Position numbers and translations under genes: made by a program | Notes under the pieces: model-generated | The model's database searches: none | What the model was told of the DNA's origin: nothing | The model's input: only the letters and a program-made list of their open reading frames with translations | In this document: positions 46,396 through 57,805 of the stretch, piece by piece | Position numbering within the stretch: the first letter of the stretch is position 1 | Layout of the letters: each line of letters opens with the position of its first letter | Assembly: GCA_030264375.1 (NCBI GenBank) | Contig: JASCQW010000027.1 | Coordinates: forward strand, 74,041,277-74,100,878 | DNA from: Carcharhinus longimanus | Taxonomy: Eukaryota | Direction of reading: 5' to 3' | DNA length: 59,602 nucleotides

Positions 46396-48769
46396 TAATA
46401 AGTGTAGAAAAAATTGCTATGCTAACAAGGGATGAAGAGAGAAAACCTTAAAAGCCCGTTCCACTTCCACATTCTCATGTTTAAATGCTGTTTTCCAAAA
46501 TGGACAACTGCTGTCCTGATGTCTTGGCTGCATCTAGTCACATGCGGGTAGTTTGAACCAACATTGCTGTCAAGACTGGCCTTCAGAAAGGAATGGAATT
46601 CTGCCAGACAAAACCACCTGATATCAGACTTGAACTCACTGGACTCCATTCACATGAATTTATGCCAGTAACTTTTATTTGATTTTGTCAGAGGAAGTTA
46701 GCTTTTATCTTGAAATTGAATGAGGCTCTGTGAGTGATAGTGAATGGCAGCCTATGTATCTTGTTGTTTGGAGTATTTATTCCAGCACTGGCTCATTCTG
46801 AACAAATCCGATTTGTGATGCATGAATCTTTTAAAAAAAAATGAGTTTCTCGGCAGTGTTTTTGTGAGCTCTACAGGTCATTTATAACACTCAATTAAGA
46901 TGATCTAAAAAGGATTTGATTACTTAAAATTCTGCTAAATGCATAGCCACGTAGCTTTATAGATCATAAAATAAACTTGAAAAAATACCCCTTTTCCAGA
47001 TTCCTGTGGTATCAGTTCTCTAAAACAATTCGGCCTTCCTGCCTTGGAGCTTCTGTGCCACGATGATGTCCTCCGCTGATTCTCCCATCTTGTTTCTTAT
47101 CCGTGTTTGCTCACCCCACAGCTCACATTGCAGTATTAACCATTTTTACCATCATTCTGATGAAAGGTGAGCTTGAATTTCAGCAAAGCAATTATTCACA
47201 TAAGCACACTTTTACAAGTGGAGAAGCAGTTATCAATAGGTGGCTTCCGCTTTCATATTTCTGGGGGAGTGGGGACAGACATTAGGGTGAGCACAGGTCC
47301 CCACTAACTGTAAATCCACCCCTGTCCAGGCCCAGTGACCCTGAGTGAATCATTACCCAAACCTAGCCTGACCGCTTTTATCATACTGTTTGCCTACCCA
47401 ATCTGAACACACAACATCTGCCATATAGCTTCTGCATCTCACGCCCTACATTCATGTAATGTCAAAGAACTTTGATGCCGGTAGGATTACAACTGTTTTT
47501 AGTTACTACTTAAGTAAGGGAAAATCAATGGGTGAGGTACCGTATCTTGCAGGAACATTGTAAATTGACGTTTTAGAGGCTTGGTGTCACTTTTATTATT
47601 TTTTGATGTGTGGTTAAATTGTTGGACTGCATTCATTGCACAGCTCGAGGCACCGGTCCAGTCCAACAGTTCTGTATTCCAACCTCCCCAGTTCCTGTTA
47701 TTTAAATTATTTTTCTTAAGACGTACAGCCACTTTTGTTGCTTGCTGGTGTTTGGGGGGAAAGAAAACCTGATGGCTACTAACGTAGCAGCAGCCCACAA
47801 AATCGAAGAATTGACCATCTTCTGAATGACACACCACAAGCTTAGAAGTTGACAATAATTGCAGCAGATCTGTTTAAAATAAAATCTTCACCAGTGTTCT
47901 ATTTGGTGCCACAAGCAAAGTTAGTTAATGGGTTAGTCATCTTGACAATCCATTATTACTGAGGATTTCAAGACGCTAATTGTAAAATGTTAATTTATTT
48001 TTGCGTGGAACCATCCCCTTCTGATAACACAGAGAGGCATAGGTTATTCTAGTTTTGTGCTCTGAGAAAGGATTTTTTTCTGCAATGGTATGCAGAATAA
48101 CGATCATAATGTCTGAATTGATCGACAACACTGCCGTCTTTGTGGTGTGAAGTCAGATAATGAGACTTCCACAGCAGCTGCAGAGGAGGCTGCATCATTA
48201 CCGCGAAAAACTGTTTCTAATGACCTTATTGCTGAGCACACTCAAATTCTTTTTTTTTTGGTTGCCAACATTATGCAGGGCTGGAAGTAGAGGCAAGAGA
48301 AGAGTGAAACAGCACAACAGTATCCAGAACCAGTAAACACGAATGGTCTATAGTTAAAAAAAAACACTGGATGACCAGTGTTAAGGAGATTAACAATATG
48401 ATTACTGTATCTCATACATACATAGCTGTTTGTTAAATGTGATTGACAAAAAAATCCCTGCATGAATAACTCCCTGATAGTGAGGGCCATTATAGGAAGG
48501 TATTTATCAATCTTTTAAAGGTAAGAGAACGAATGTAATTGTTAGTGTTACCATTGTCACTCAAGAGGCCATATAGTTAGCTAATGTGGAATCTAGAAAA
48601 TCTCAGGCTGGAACATTAGTGCTTACATAGGCTCGGGTTAAGGTATGTGTTTCCCCAATGCTGACACTGTGGGGGTGGTGGAGGTAGGACTGGATTGGGG
48701 AGGAATTTTCTATCTCTTCTTGGCACATTAGCATTTAAGTGATATGGATTAATTTTTGGCAGTGAAATC

Positions 48770-49310
48770 AGGTGGAAATTGTTTCTGAATGTTTTGCACA
48801 ATTGAAGCAGATCTCCCAATTGCTCTATCACCTCTTGAGCCTTTCCAGTTACCCACTCGTTGGAGTACCTACATTTATTTACATGAGACAGAGTGGATCA
48901 AGAGTTGGGTGTTTCCTGGGCTTAATGGATGGATACACAATTGTGGGAGTGATACCCTTCCTGTTGACCTTATTGAGTGGGATATGCAATGGACATCATC
49001 GATTGCAACTCATACATCTGTATGCGCTGATCTCTCTGCTGCTTTATAGTGATGTCAAAACTGGTAAGTTGACATGCTTTTCCATAAAGTGTGTCAGAGA
49101 GTTAATAAATGTATCACTGTACTGCACCCTGGTGTTTATACATTGATCTTTCGTGCCCACACAGATTGAAGTCGATGGTCACCTTCATAGTCAATGAGAA
49201 TGCAGTGGGGATAGTTGAATGTGTTTTGAGATCTTCCTGCAGCAGGTTACAGAGATGCAAAATTCCTTGTTGCTGAAGCACATTCCGCTTCAGCACAACT
49301 ACTGTGAAAG
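48770..49310 (-). mobile_element. PIF/Harbinger (HARBI1-like) transposase remnant
   Basis: Minus strand ILHLCNLLQEDLK...TAFSLTMKVTIDFNL, then VAIDDVH, VNRKG-YHS and VIEQ: Harbinger DDE transposase motifs in order, with frameshifts. Confidence 0.65.
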
Positions 49311-49819
49311 AATTTTATAAGCTCTGTTCTGCCAATAAATTTGTTTGCAGACAAGGGGCATTGGTGGGAAGCAACACCTAGTGGAATGCATCCTCAATTA
49401 GTGGTACATTAGTCACCTTAGCCTCATCCAGTGCTGCTCCTTTGCCATAATCGTAGCATCCAACAGTCTTCCCACAGGGAATTCAATACCTTCTCCTGCA
49501 AAGCCTTGACTTTGGGTGGAGGGTGGGCCTGAAACTATGCTGATGAGTTAACACTGTCAGAAACAAATGCAGGTATTTGCACTCAGAAATCTGAAGAACA
49601 CGTTCTACAGTAATTGTTCCCTGGCAGTAGAAATCATTGCTTAAATTCTTCAGACTCAAAACTTGATCAAGTGCCTTGATATTCCTGGTAGCTGAAAAAT
49701 CTCAGCAGCACAAATCAGTGAAAGCTGCGGATGCTGAACTTTGTCCTTCACTCTGATATATGTAAATAAATTCAGTGAAGATTCGAGCAAATCAAAGGAT
49801 GGCTGCAAAAAAAGGCCAC

Positions 49820-49913
49820 TCAACTGATGAAGGGGCGGAGCCCTGAAAGCTCGTGGCATTTGTTACCAAATAAACCTGTTGGACTTTAAACTGGTGTTGT
49901 GAGACTACTTACT
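49820..49913 (+). mobile_element. Penelope-like terminus with minimal hammerhead ribozyme core
   Basis: CTGATGA (49824-30), stem AGGG/CCCT, GAAA (49845-48), GC-tcgtg-GC, then aaataaacctgttggacttt. Confidence 0.65.
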
Positions 49914-51414
49914 GCAAAAAAAAAGAGCAGCTTTGGAGGGGTAGGGACAGGGAAGCATTTGAATTGCACAAAATGGGAAATTCCTGACTTAAAAATCCTG
50001 CCGCGTTTACTTACTATTAATGTAAGTAAGGCAGCAACAAAGTACCACACTCTTTTGATACTTCCTGTAAGTGTCACATTTAATGATCAGACAATATTTC
50101 TTGTCATATACAATTGCCATTGTCTTGGTTTCCTGGCATTTGGCTCCAAGTTAATCGAGGATGAAAGCCTTGGCCCTCTCACAATTGGTGTGCATCACAA
50201 GTGAAGTGGGTTCACAAAGATTCAATCACATTGCTGGCATTTATCGCTCTGCACTGCACACATTCTGATGCCAGTTGGCAGTTTGAAATATTGGCAGTGC
50301 CAATAGGACCAACAGCTGCAAGAGCAATTTCCGCCTCCATCATTCAGATGATGGAAATCAAAATGTGATTGTTAGAATGCTGGCAAAATGATTACCCAAA
50401 ATATACTTTCAGTCCAGCAGACATCCACTATACTTACCGTTCAATGAATTTAATTTAGGAATAGTTGCTAACTCATCAATGGTGAGGTCAGACTGCATCC
50501 ATTCTGGTTGTTGTATGGGTCTTAACCCNNNNNNNNNNNNNNNNNNNNNNNNNNNNNNNNNNNNNNNNNNNNNNNNNNNNNNNNNNNNNNNNNNNNNNNN
50601 NNNNNNNNNNNNNNNNNNNNNNNNNNNNNNNNNNNNNNNNNNNNNNNNNNNNNNNNNNNNNNNNNNNNNNNNNNNNNNNNNNNNNNNNNNNNNNNNNNNN
50701 NNNNNNNNNNNNNNNNNNNNNNNNNNNNNNNNNNNNNNNNNNNNNNNNNNNNNNNNNNNNNNNNNNNNNNNNNNNNNNNNNNNNNNNNNNNNNNNNNNNN
50801 NNNNNNNNNNNNNNNNNNNNNNNNNNNNNNNNNNNNNNNNNNNNNNNNNNNNNNNNNNNNNNNNNNNNNNNNNNNNNNNNNNNNNNNNNNNNNNNNNNNN
50901 NNNNNNNNNNNNNNNNNNNNNNNNNNNNNNNNNNNNNNNNNNNNNNNNNNNNNNNNNNNNNNNNNNNNNNNNNNNNNNNNNNNNNNNNNNNNNNNNNNNN
51001 NNNNNNNNNNNNNNNNNNNNNNNNNNNNNNNNNNNNNNNNNNNNNNNNNNNNNNNNNNNNNNNNNNNNNNNNNNNNNNNNNNNNNNNNNNNNNNNNNNNN
51101 NNNNNNNNNNNNNNNNNNNNNNNNNNNNNNNNNNNNNNNNNNNNNNNNNNNNNNNNNNNNNNNNNNNNNNNNNNNNNNNNNNNNNNNNNNNNNNNNNNNN
51201 NNNNNNNNNNNNNNNNNNNNNNNNNNNNNNNNNNNNNNNNNNNNNNNNNNNNNNNNNNNNNNNNNNNNNNNNNNNNNNNNNNNNNNNNNNNNNNNNNNNN
51301 NNNNNNNNNNNNNNNNNNNNNNNNNNNNNNNNNNNNNNNNNNNNNNNNNNNNNNNNNNNNNNNNNNNNNNNNNNNNNNNNNNNNNNNNNNNNNNNNNNNN
51401 NNNNNNNNNNNNNN

Positions 51415-51490
51415 TCTTATACTCTATACCCCTTCCTATAAAGGCTAGCATTCCGTAAGCTTTCTTCACAACCTTCTCTACCTGTGTTGA
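51415..51490 (-). mobile_element. CR1 LINE fragment adjoining an ~890-nt gap
   Basis: KKAYGMLAFIGRGIEYK, a conserved CR1 ORF2 peptide. Confidence 0.7.
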
Positions 51491-52039
51491 CCTGTACCCT
51501 TTACAGAATCAAGTCTGGTGAGTCAGGAAATTTCCAAACTCGATCTACCTGCCTCGGTAGCTAAAATCAGGCTAAAAGTCTCATCTTGGTTCAGTTGGAG
51601 AGTGGAATTTTCTGCTCTCACCAGCAGTGGGAATTGTTGGGGTGGGAACACTGAATTTGGTAGGAGGCAAATCTGCTGTGGGACAGAACACACCCAGCAA
51701 TGCTGAGGATGAGGTCTGACACCTTTTCTGTCATGTATAATACAGTGAGTGTGACCATGCCGGGCTTTCGCTTGACTTGTTTGTGGGTTGGCACAAGTTC
51801 CCAGATGTTAGTAAGGAGAAAATTGCAGGGTGAACAGGGTTCAATCTCCTGTTGTCATTTATGTTGCCTCAGTCAGAACCAGGTGGTCCAATTTTTTTGT
51901 GGACTTTGTAGCTGTTTGAAGCAACTGAGTAGTCTGCTAGGTCATTTCAGAGGGCATTTAAGAGTCAACCATATTGGTGTGGGCCTGGAGTCATGTGCTG
52001 GTCAAACCATGTAAAGATAGCAGATTTCCTTCAGAAAAG

Positions 52040-52480
52040 ACTTCAGTGAACTTGATGTTGCAAGTTGAGATATGGGCAGCAGAACATTGGATGACTTAAA
52101 GTTTAGAAAGTGCAGAATATAGGAGGCCAGCCAGGAGTGTGTTGGAATAGTTGACTCCAGTGGTAACAAAGTCACGAGTAGGGGTTTTAGCAGTAAATGA
52201 GCTGCCTCGGGGGCAAGGTCGCGTGATGTTACAGAGGTGACTAGGTAGCCTTAGTGACAACACAAGTACAAAGTTTGGAATTCACCCCAGGATCAAATCT
52301 AACATCAATGTTACGAACAGCCTGATTTCATCTCAGCCTGTTGCCAGGAAGAAGGACGGAGTCGATGGTTAGGGAGCAAGGATTGGCGTGAGGACCAAAA
52401 ACAATAGCGTCAATCTTCCCAATAATTAACTGGAGGAGATGTTTGCACGTGCAAGACTGCATGTCAGTAAAGCAGGCTGT
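52040..52480 (-). mobile_element. L2 LINE remnant
   Basis: Minus-strand L2 ORF2 C-terminal-like text (…LLVTLLPLESTIPTHSWLAS / FVTxxVNYSNxLLAGL-type segment). Confidence 0.5.
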
Positions 52481-54339
52481 TATCCCTTGAATGATGCCAG
52501 TTTCTCATTAATTTGATGTTTCCAGTTGGAGCAGAAGAAGATTTTCCAGTATGCATTGGTAATGAATTACATCATTATACTGTCATATCAATAACAGCCT
52601 TCTGGAATTCACTGGGCATGAGTAATGTCCTTCTGAACTTCAAATTATATGAAGATATTATGATTTGTCACAAAATATATTGTTTTCAGAATGATTATCC
52701 TCATTCTGCTTTCGGGTGCTCTCATAATGCCAGTCACTGATCTGAAAGTGCACTGGGAGTACCAGTCTGCCATTTGACAGAATTCAGCAATTAGACTTCA
52801 ACTGCAGACTTCAAAAAAGTAGGTTATTAAGATCTGTCAGTCAAGCTTCTAATTGGCTCCCAGTTTTCAGAATTGCATACGTCCGGCAAGGAGCACACGC
52901 GGGGGAGATTTTATTCCTACCCATCTGGGGGATCCTGGCAGGCAGGCAGTAAGAATCAGCAGCTGCATTTCCCCGCTGACTTCCCTTATGAATATCATAA
53001 TCCTTAATTTTATTGTGTTCTTCTGAGCAAGCGACAGGGTCACCGGCCTGAAGTTAGCAAGGTCCTTCACTAAATATCCAGATCAGACTCTCATGGTATC
53101 ATTGGGCCCTGACTACAACTATAACTGTGGCTTGAGCTGGGGAGCTGGTATGCTGCTGAAGAGAGAGGTAAGAGCATCCAGGATCTGAAAGACCATTTAA
53201 GAAAGGCATTTTGTTTTTAAACTTCCACAGTTGTGGGGGGAGGAGGAGAAGGCAGTTGTTCCACTGTGAATCTCCTGCCACCTGAAAATTCACTCTCACT
53301 CACTGACAAGGTGACACATCCCACCTGTTTCTGGCACATTGCTGACCGATGGCAGATTAGCTTGGAGATCATCTACATTCATCTAATTCTAGCTTCTTCT
53401 GCATCCCTGATTTTTATCAACGTGCCTTCAGCTTTCATTCATTAGACATGAGTGTCACTGGCTGGCCAGCAATTATTGCCCATCCCTAGTTGCCCAAGGG
53501 CAGTTGAGAGAGCTCCCTTGGCTCTGAGCTCTGGAATACCCTCCCTACATCTCTTCACCTGTCTACCCCATTTTGCTCTTTTAAATGATTCCTTACAACT
53601 TACCGAGGTGTTGTTGCTTATCCTTACTGATTGCAATCTGTGGATTAGGAAGTCTAGGATCCAGTCAAAGAGGGAGGGACTGAGCCGAGACCATGGAATT
53701 TGGAGATGCGGTTTGTGATTTTGACCTGCCATAAATTCTCACGATGGACCTCGGGTGTGGTGCCTATAGCAAACTCAGTATTCTGAACCAAGTAGCAGAG
53801 TTGTCAGGACAATAGTGTGGTGGAATTTGATTTTATTGTTGTTCGGAGTGTTATGCAGGAAAATGCTGGAGAAAGCTGGTGCTTGGCACCTCAATATGTT
53901 ACGCAGCTATTTTTTCCTGTCCCCCTAAAGCCTTTGAACCTCTGAGGGCACTGTCTCCAGGTTTGAGGAGATGACACTCCTGGGGCTGACTTCTTCAGTC
54001 ATTTCCATCCATACCTGCATAACTGAAAGGTTGTCCTCTTCCTCCTGTCACATCATCTCATCTCAGGTCCCACAGCAGGACCTCGAGGTAAGAATAAAAG
54101 AGCCAGGGGAACAGCCTTCCTTGGTTGCCATTCCATTCCTGTAGTGGTTGTAGACACAGGAATCAATGTATAGTTCAACCACGTTGACTGCTGCCTGGGA
54201 TTTGGCATTCAATCCAGCTCTCCTGTCGAGAAATCTGGAAACAGGTTGTTAACGCTGTAGCTCAGATAACGAGCCACAGTAAAGCTACTTCCATTTCAAA
54301 CACATGTCCAATCTGCACAACCCCTTAGTGCATGCACAT

Positions 54340-54632
54340 GGAACCATAGAATCCTTCCAGTACAGAAAGAGACACATGGCCCATTGAATCTACACTGACT
54401 CGCCGAAACAGCATCCCACCCAAGTCCTGCACTTTGCCAGATTCCTACAAACCCACACATTTACCAAGGCTAATCCATCTAATCTGCACATTTTTGGACT
54501 GTGGGGAGGAGACAGGAGGACCTGGAGGAAACCCAGTATGGGGAGAACATGCAAACTCCACGCAGACAGTCATCCAAGACAGGTCTGATCCCTGGCACTG
54601 TGAGGCAGCAGCGCTAACCACTGTGCCACCAT
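54340..54632 (-). mobile_element. HE1-type SINE
   Basis: Reverse complement of the ggtggcacagtggttagcgctgctgcctcacagtgccaggga head; ctatgg tail. Confidence 0.75.
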
Positions 54633-55924
54633 ACCATTATCTGTTTAGTTAAAGTTTTTCCCATTGTTGCTTTGAACAGAGAAGAGAAACAGCAACAATG
54701 TAGCTTGCTCTTCACCCCTGGTATAAGACAACAATAAGAATACATTATGTGCCAGGTAATGATAACATTATACTGCGAGAATGTGGTGATATCATAACAT
54801 TGGTAAAATTAACTTATACAGTTATTACTAAATTTGTAAATCAACATTGGATAGGAAGAAAGCAATTCCCTGAAGAATTACATATGACTCATCTGGACTT
54901 AAATCATCTTTTTTGAGTTTAAAAAACTAAAAGCCAGCGATGAATCCAGACTGTTCAAGATTTATAAGTTTTCACAGAGATTTATATTTTTCACTGAAAA
55001 TATTCTCTCAAGGTTGTTGCATGGATTTTACATTCCAGCCTAGAGTGCAGGTCATCAAAGATGGATGCTGTAATATACAGCTGTTATTTAATACCTTTAA
55101 TGAATCTGATTATATCCCTGAAGTGTTTCCTTAAATTGAAAATACCTTTACAAGGACACTGTATGCTGGAAGCAAAAGAACAAAATGATCAATTTGCAAT
55201 GAAATTAAACACAGGTTTTGCAATACCCCGTAAACAATTCTTTATTATTTTGCTTTTCAAAGCTGTCTCCTACTGAAGAAGCTTTGAGATCACGAAGAAT
55301 CAAGTTAGTTCTCTCTCAAGATCTCATCCAGAGAATATCCATTATGTGTCAGTTTACTGCATATTCTTCCAGCAGGATGGAACCAATTTCTGTGAATAAT
55401 ATGGAGCAAGTTGGAGACACAGTGGCTAGTTGTAAATAATAGGCATAGAGCCAGAAATAAATACAAATTTGAGATCAAAATAACAGGTGAATATAAAGTG
55501 TGTGGAAACATTCTCACAGCTCAGGGAGCAACTTTAGCTTAACAGTTGCTCCAAGCAAAACCAAAGTGCTAATGTAACAAAAACATCTTGAGATCAATTC
55601 CTCCAGTGCTTTTAAGTTATCTAGCACTATAACAACAAAATTAGAGTTGTTTTAGATTTATAGAAGGTTATTATACACAAGGAAATCATTTGGCCCATCC
55701 TATCTGTACCACTTCATTAGAGCAATTGCCCTTCTCCTATTTTATTGATATCTATTTTAACAATTTATAATGAAAAAATTAGGTGGCAATGAAAAATCCA
55801 TGGGAAGGTCATCCCAGATACATGCATATTTTAATGTAGTTCAAATATATATAGCATGTTATGTATAAAAATATGTATAGCATGTTTTTAGGGATTGTGT
55901 GGAATTAGATCTTCCAGATCATAC

Positions 55925-56900
55925 TTAGAAACATGAATTAGGAGCAGAAGATGGCCACTTGAGCCTCCAAGCCTGCTCCATTATTCAATAAGTTCATGGC
56001 TGATCTAATTGTAATTTCAATTCCACATTCATCCCTTGTCAAGAAACAACCTCACTCTGCCTTAAAGACATTCAAAGGCTCTGCTTCTACTGTCTTTTGA
56101 CAAAGTGGTTCCAAAGATTCACAACCCTCCTGAGAGAAAATACTTTTCCTCATCTCTTTTATAAATAGGCGACCTTTGATTTTTAAACAGTGGCTCTTAG
56201 TCCTAGATTTTCCCGGAAGAGAAAATATCCTTTCCACATCAACTCCATCATGATCCTTCAGGATCATAGAATCCCTACAGTGCAGAAGAAGGTCGTTTGG
56301 TCCATCGAGTCTGTACCAATTACAATCCCACCCAGACCCTATTCCCATAACGCCACATATTTAGCTTGCTAACTCTTAAATGCTTCAGTCAAGTCACTTC
56401 TTACTCTTCTAAATCCAAGCTCATAGAAACCTAACCTGTCCAACCTTTCCTCAGAAGATAAACCACTTAATTCAGGTACCTGATAGTAAACCTTCTCTGA
56501 ACCACTTCTAGCACATTATATCCTTAAGAGACCAGTACTGTCAACAGTATTGCAGATGCAGTCTCAACAATGCCCTGTATAACTGATGTGGAGATGCCGG
56601 CATTGGACTGGGGTAAACACAGTGAGAAGTCTGACAACACCAGGTTTAAGTCCAACCGATNNNNNNNNNNNNNNNNNNNNNNNNNNNNNNNNNNNNNNNN
56701 NNNNNNNNNNNNNNNNNNNNNNNNNNNNNNNNNNNNNNNNNNNNNNNNNNNNNNNNNNNNAAACCCCAAAAGCTTGTGAGTTTACTATCAAATAAATCGG
56801 TTGGACTTAAACCTGGTGTTGTCAGACTTCTTATTGTATAACTGAAACATAGCCTCCCTACTTTTGTATTCAATTCTCCTCACAAAAAATTGTAACATTC
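55925..56900 (-). mobile_element. Old CR1 3' region hosting a SINE fragment (56263-56370) and a Penelope-like insertion
   Basis: DGVDVERIFSLPGKSRTKSHCLKIKGRLFIKEMRKSIFSQ on the minus strand. Confidence 0.7.
56587..56834. mobile_element. Penelope-like insertion with inverted terminal repeats and an 11-bp TSD
   Basis: agaagtctgacaacaccaggtttaagtccaaccgat left of the gap is the exact reverse complement of atcggttggacttaaacctggtgttgtcagacttct right of it; TSD TGTATAACTGA at 56576-56586 and 56835-56845. Confidence 0.75.
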
Positions 56901-57079
56901 TACTCAATTTGTTAATGCCAAACAACATTCTGTAGGACCAGTTCTACAAACCCAATGTACAGAGGAGCATCCATTCTGGGTAAAAGCGGTGTAAATATTA
57001 ACTTGAGATAATATCACTGTTTATGCTTAAGAGACATTTTTAATGTTAGAACAAAATTATGGTAACAAGAATAAATCTC

Positions 57080-57470
57080 ACCGTTGAAACATGTAACATT
57101 CTGAGGGGCTAACCAGGGGTGGATGATGATATGATGTCTTCCCTCATGGAAGAATGTAGAACAGAAGAGAACAATTTCAAAATAATGGGTCTCTCACTTA
57201 AAACAGAGATGCAGAGAATTTTCTTCTCTGAGAATCTTTAACCCTTGGAATCCTCTGTCTGTCCCAGTGAGCAGTGGAAGCTGGGTCATTAAATATATTC
57301 AGGGTTGATTATGACAGATTTTTGATGGATAAGGGAGTCGAGAGTTATGAGAGAGGGCTGGTGGGAAAGTGAAGTTAAAGTCACAGACAGATTAACCATG
57401 ATCATACTGATTGGTCGAGCAAAATTGAGAAACCAAATGGCCAACGCTATTTCAAATGTCTTATATCTCT
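57080..57470 (+). mobile_element. CR1 LINE 3' end
   Basis: ETCNILRGL...MSSLMEECRT...LKTEMQRIFFSE; degenerate 3' UTR. Confidence 0.6.
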
Positions 57471-57676
57471 GTTTCGTACATTAACCTCCCATCTCTTTCT
57501 CACCATATCCTTGAATGTCTTCTTTCCTCACATATGGAGCAATTTCTCTCTTAAACTCAGTTGTCCTGTCTGATTCAATTGCTTTTCCATGTGACATACT
57601 TCACAATGTTATCCTTTTGGTGAAAAGCCCCTTCTGGCTTTCCTCCTTTGATCGAACTCCATCATTTTTAAACAAA

Positions 57677-57805
57677 AGCAAAATACTGTCGTTGCTGAAG
57701 AAATTGAAATAAAGACAGAAAATGCTGGAAGTTCTCAGCAGGTCATGCAACATCTGTGTAAAGAGGAGCAGCATTAGTGTTTCGGGTCGCTAACCTTTTA
57801 TCAGG
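57677..57805 (-). mobile_element. Penelope-like terminal repeat with degenerate hammerhead-like core
   Basis: Minus strand CTGATAA-aaGGTtagcgACCC-GAAAC-act followed by cagatgttgcatgacctgctgagaacttccagcattttctg. Confidence 0.55.

Noticed and set aside
30712-51469. Long ORFs in the track at 30712-31212, 32888-33681, 42665-43312 and 50479-51469
   Set aside because: They are open only because they run through N gaps.
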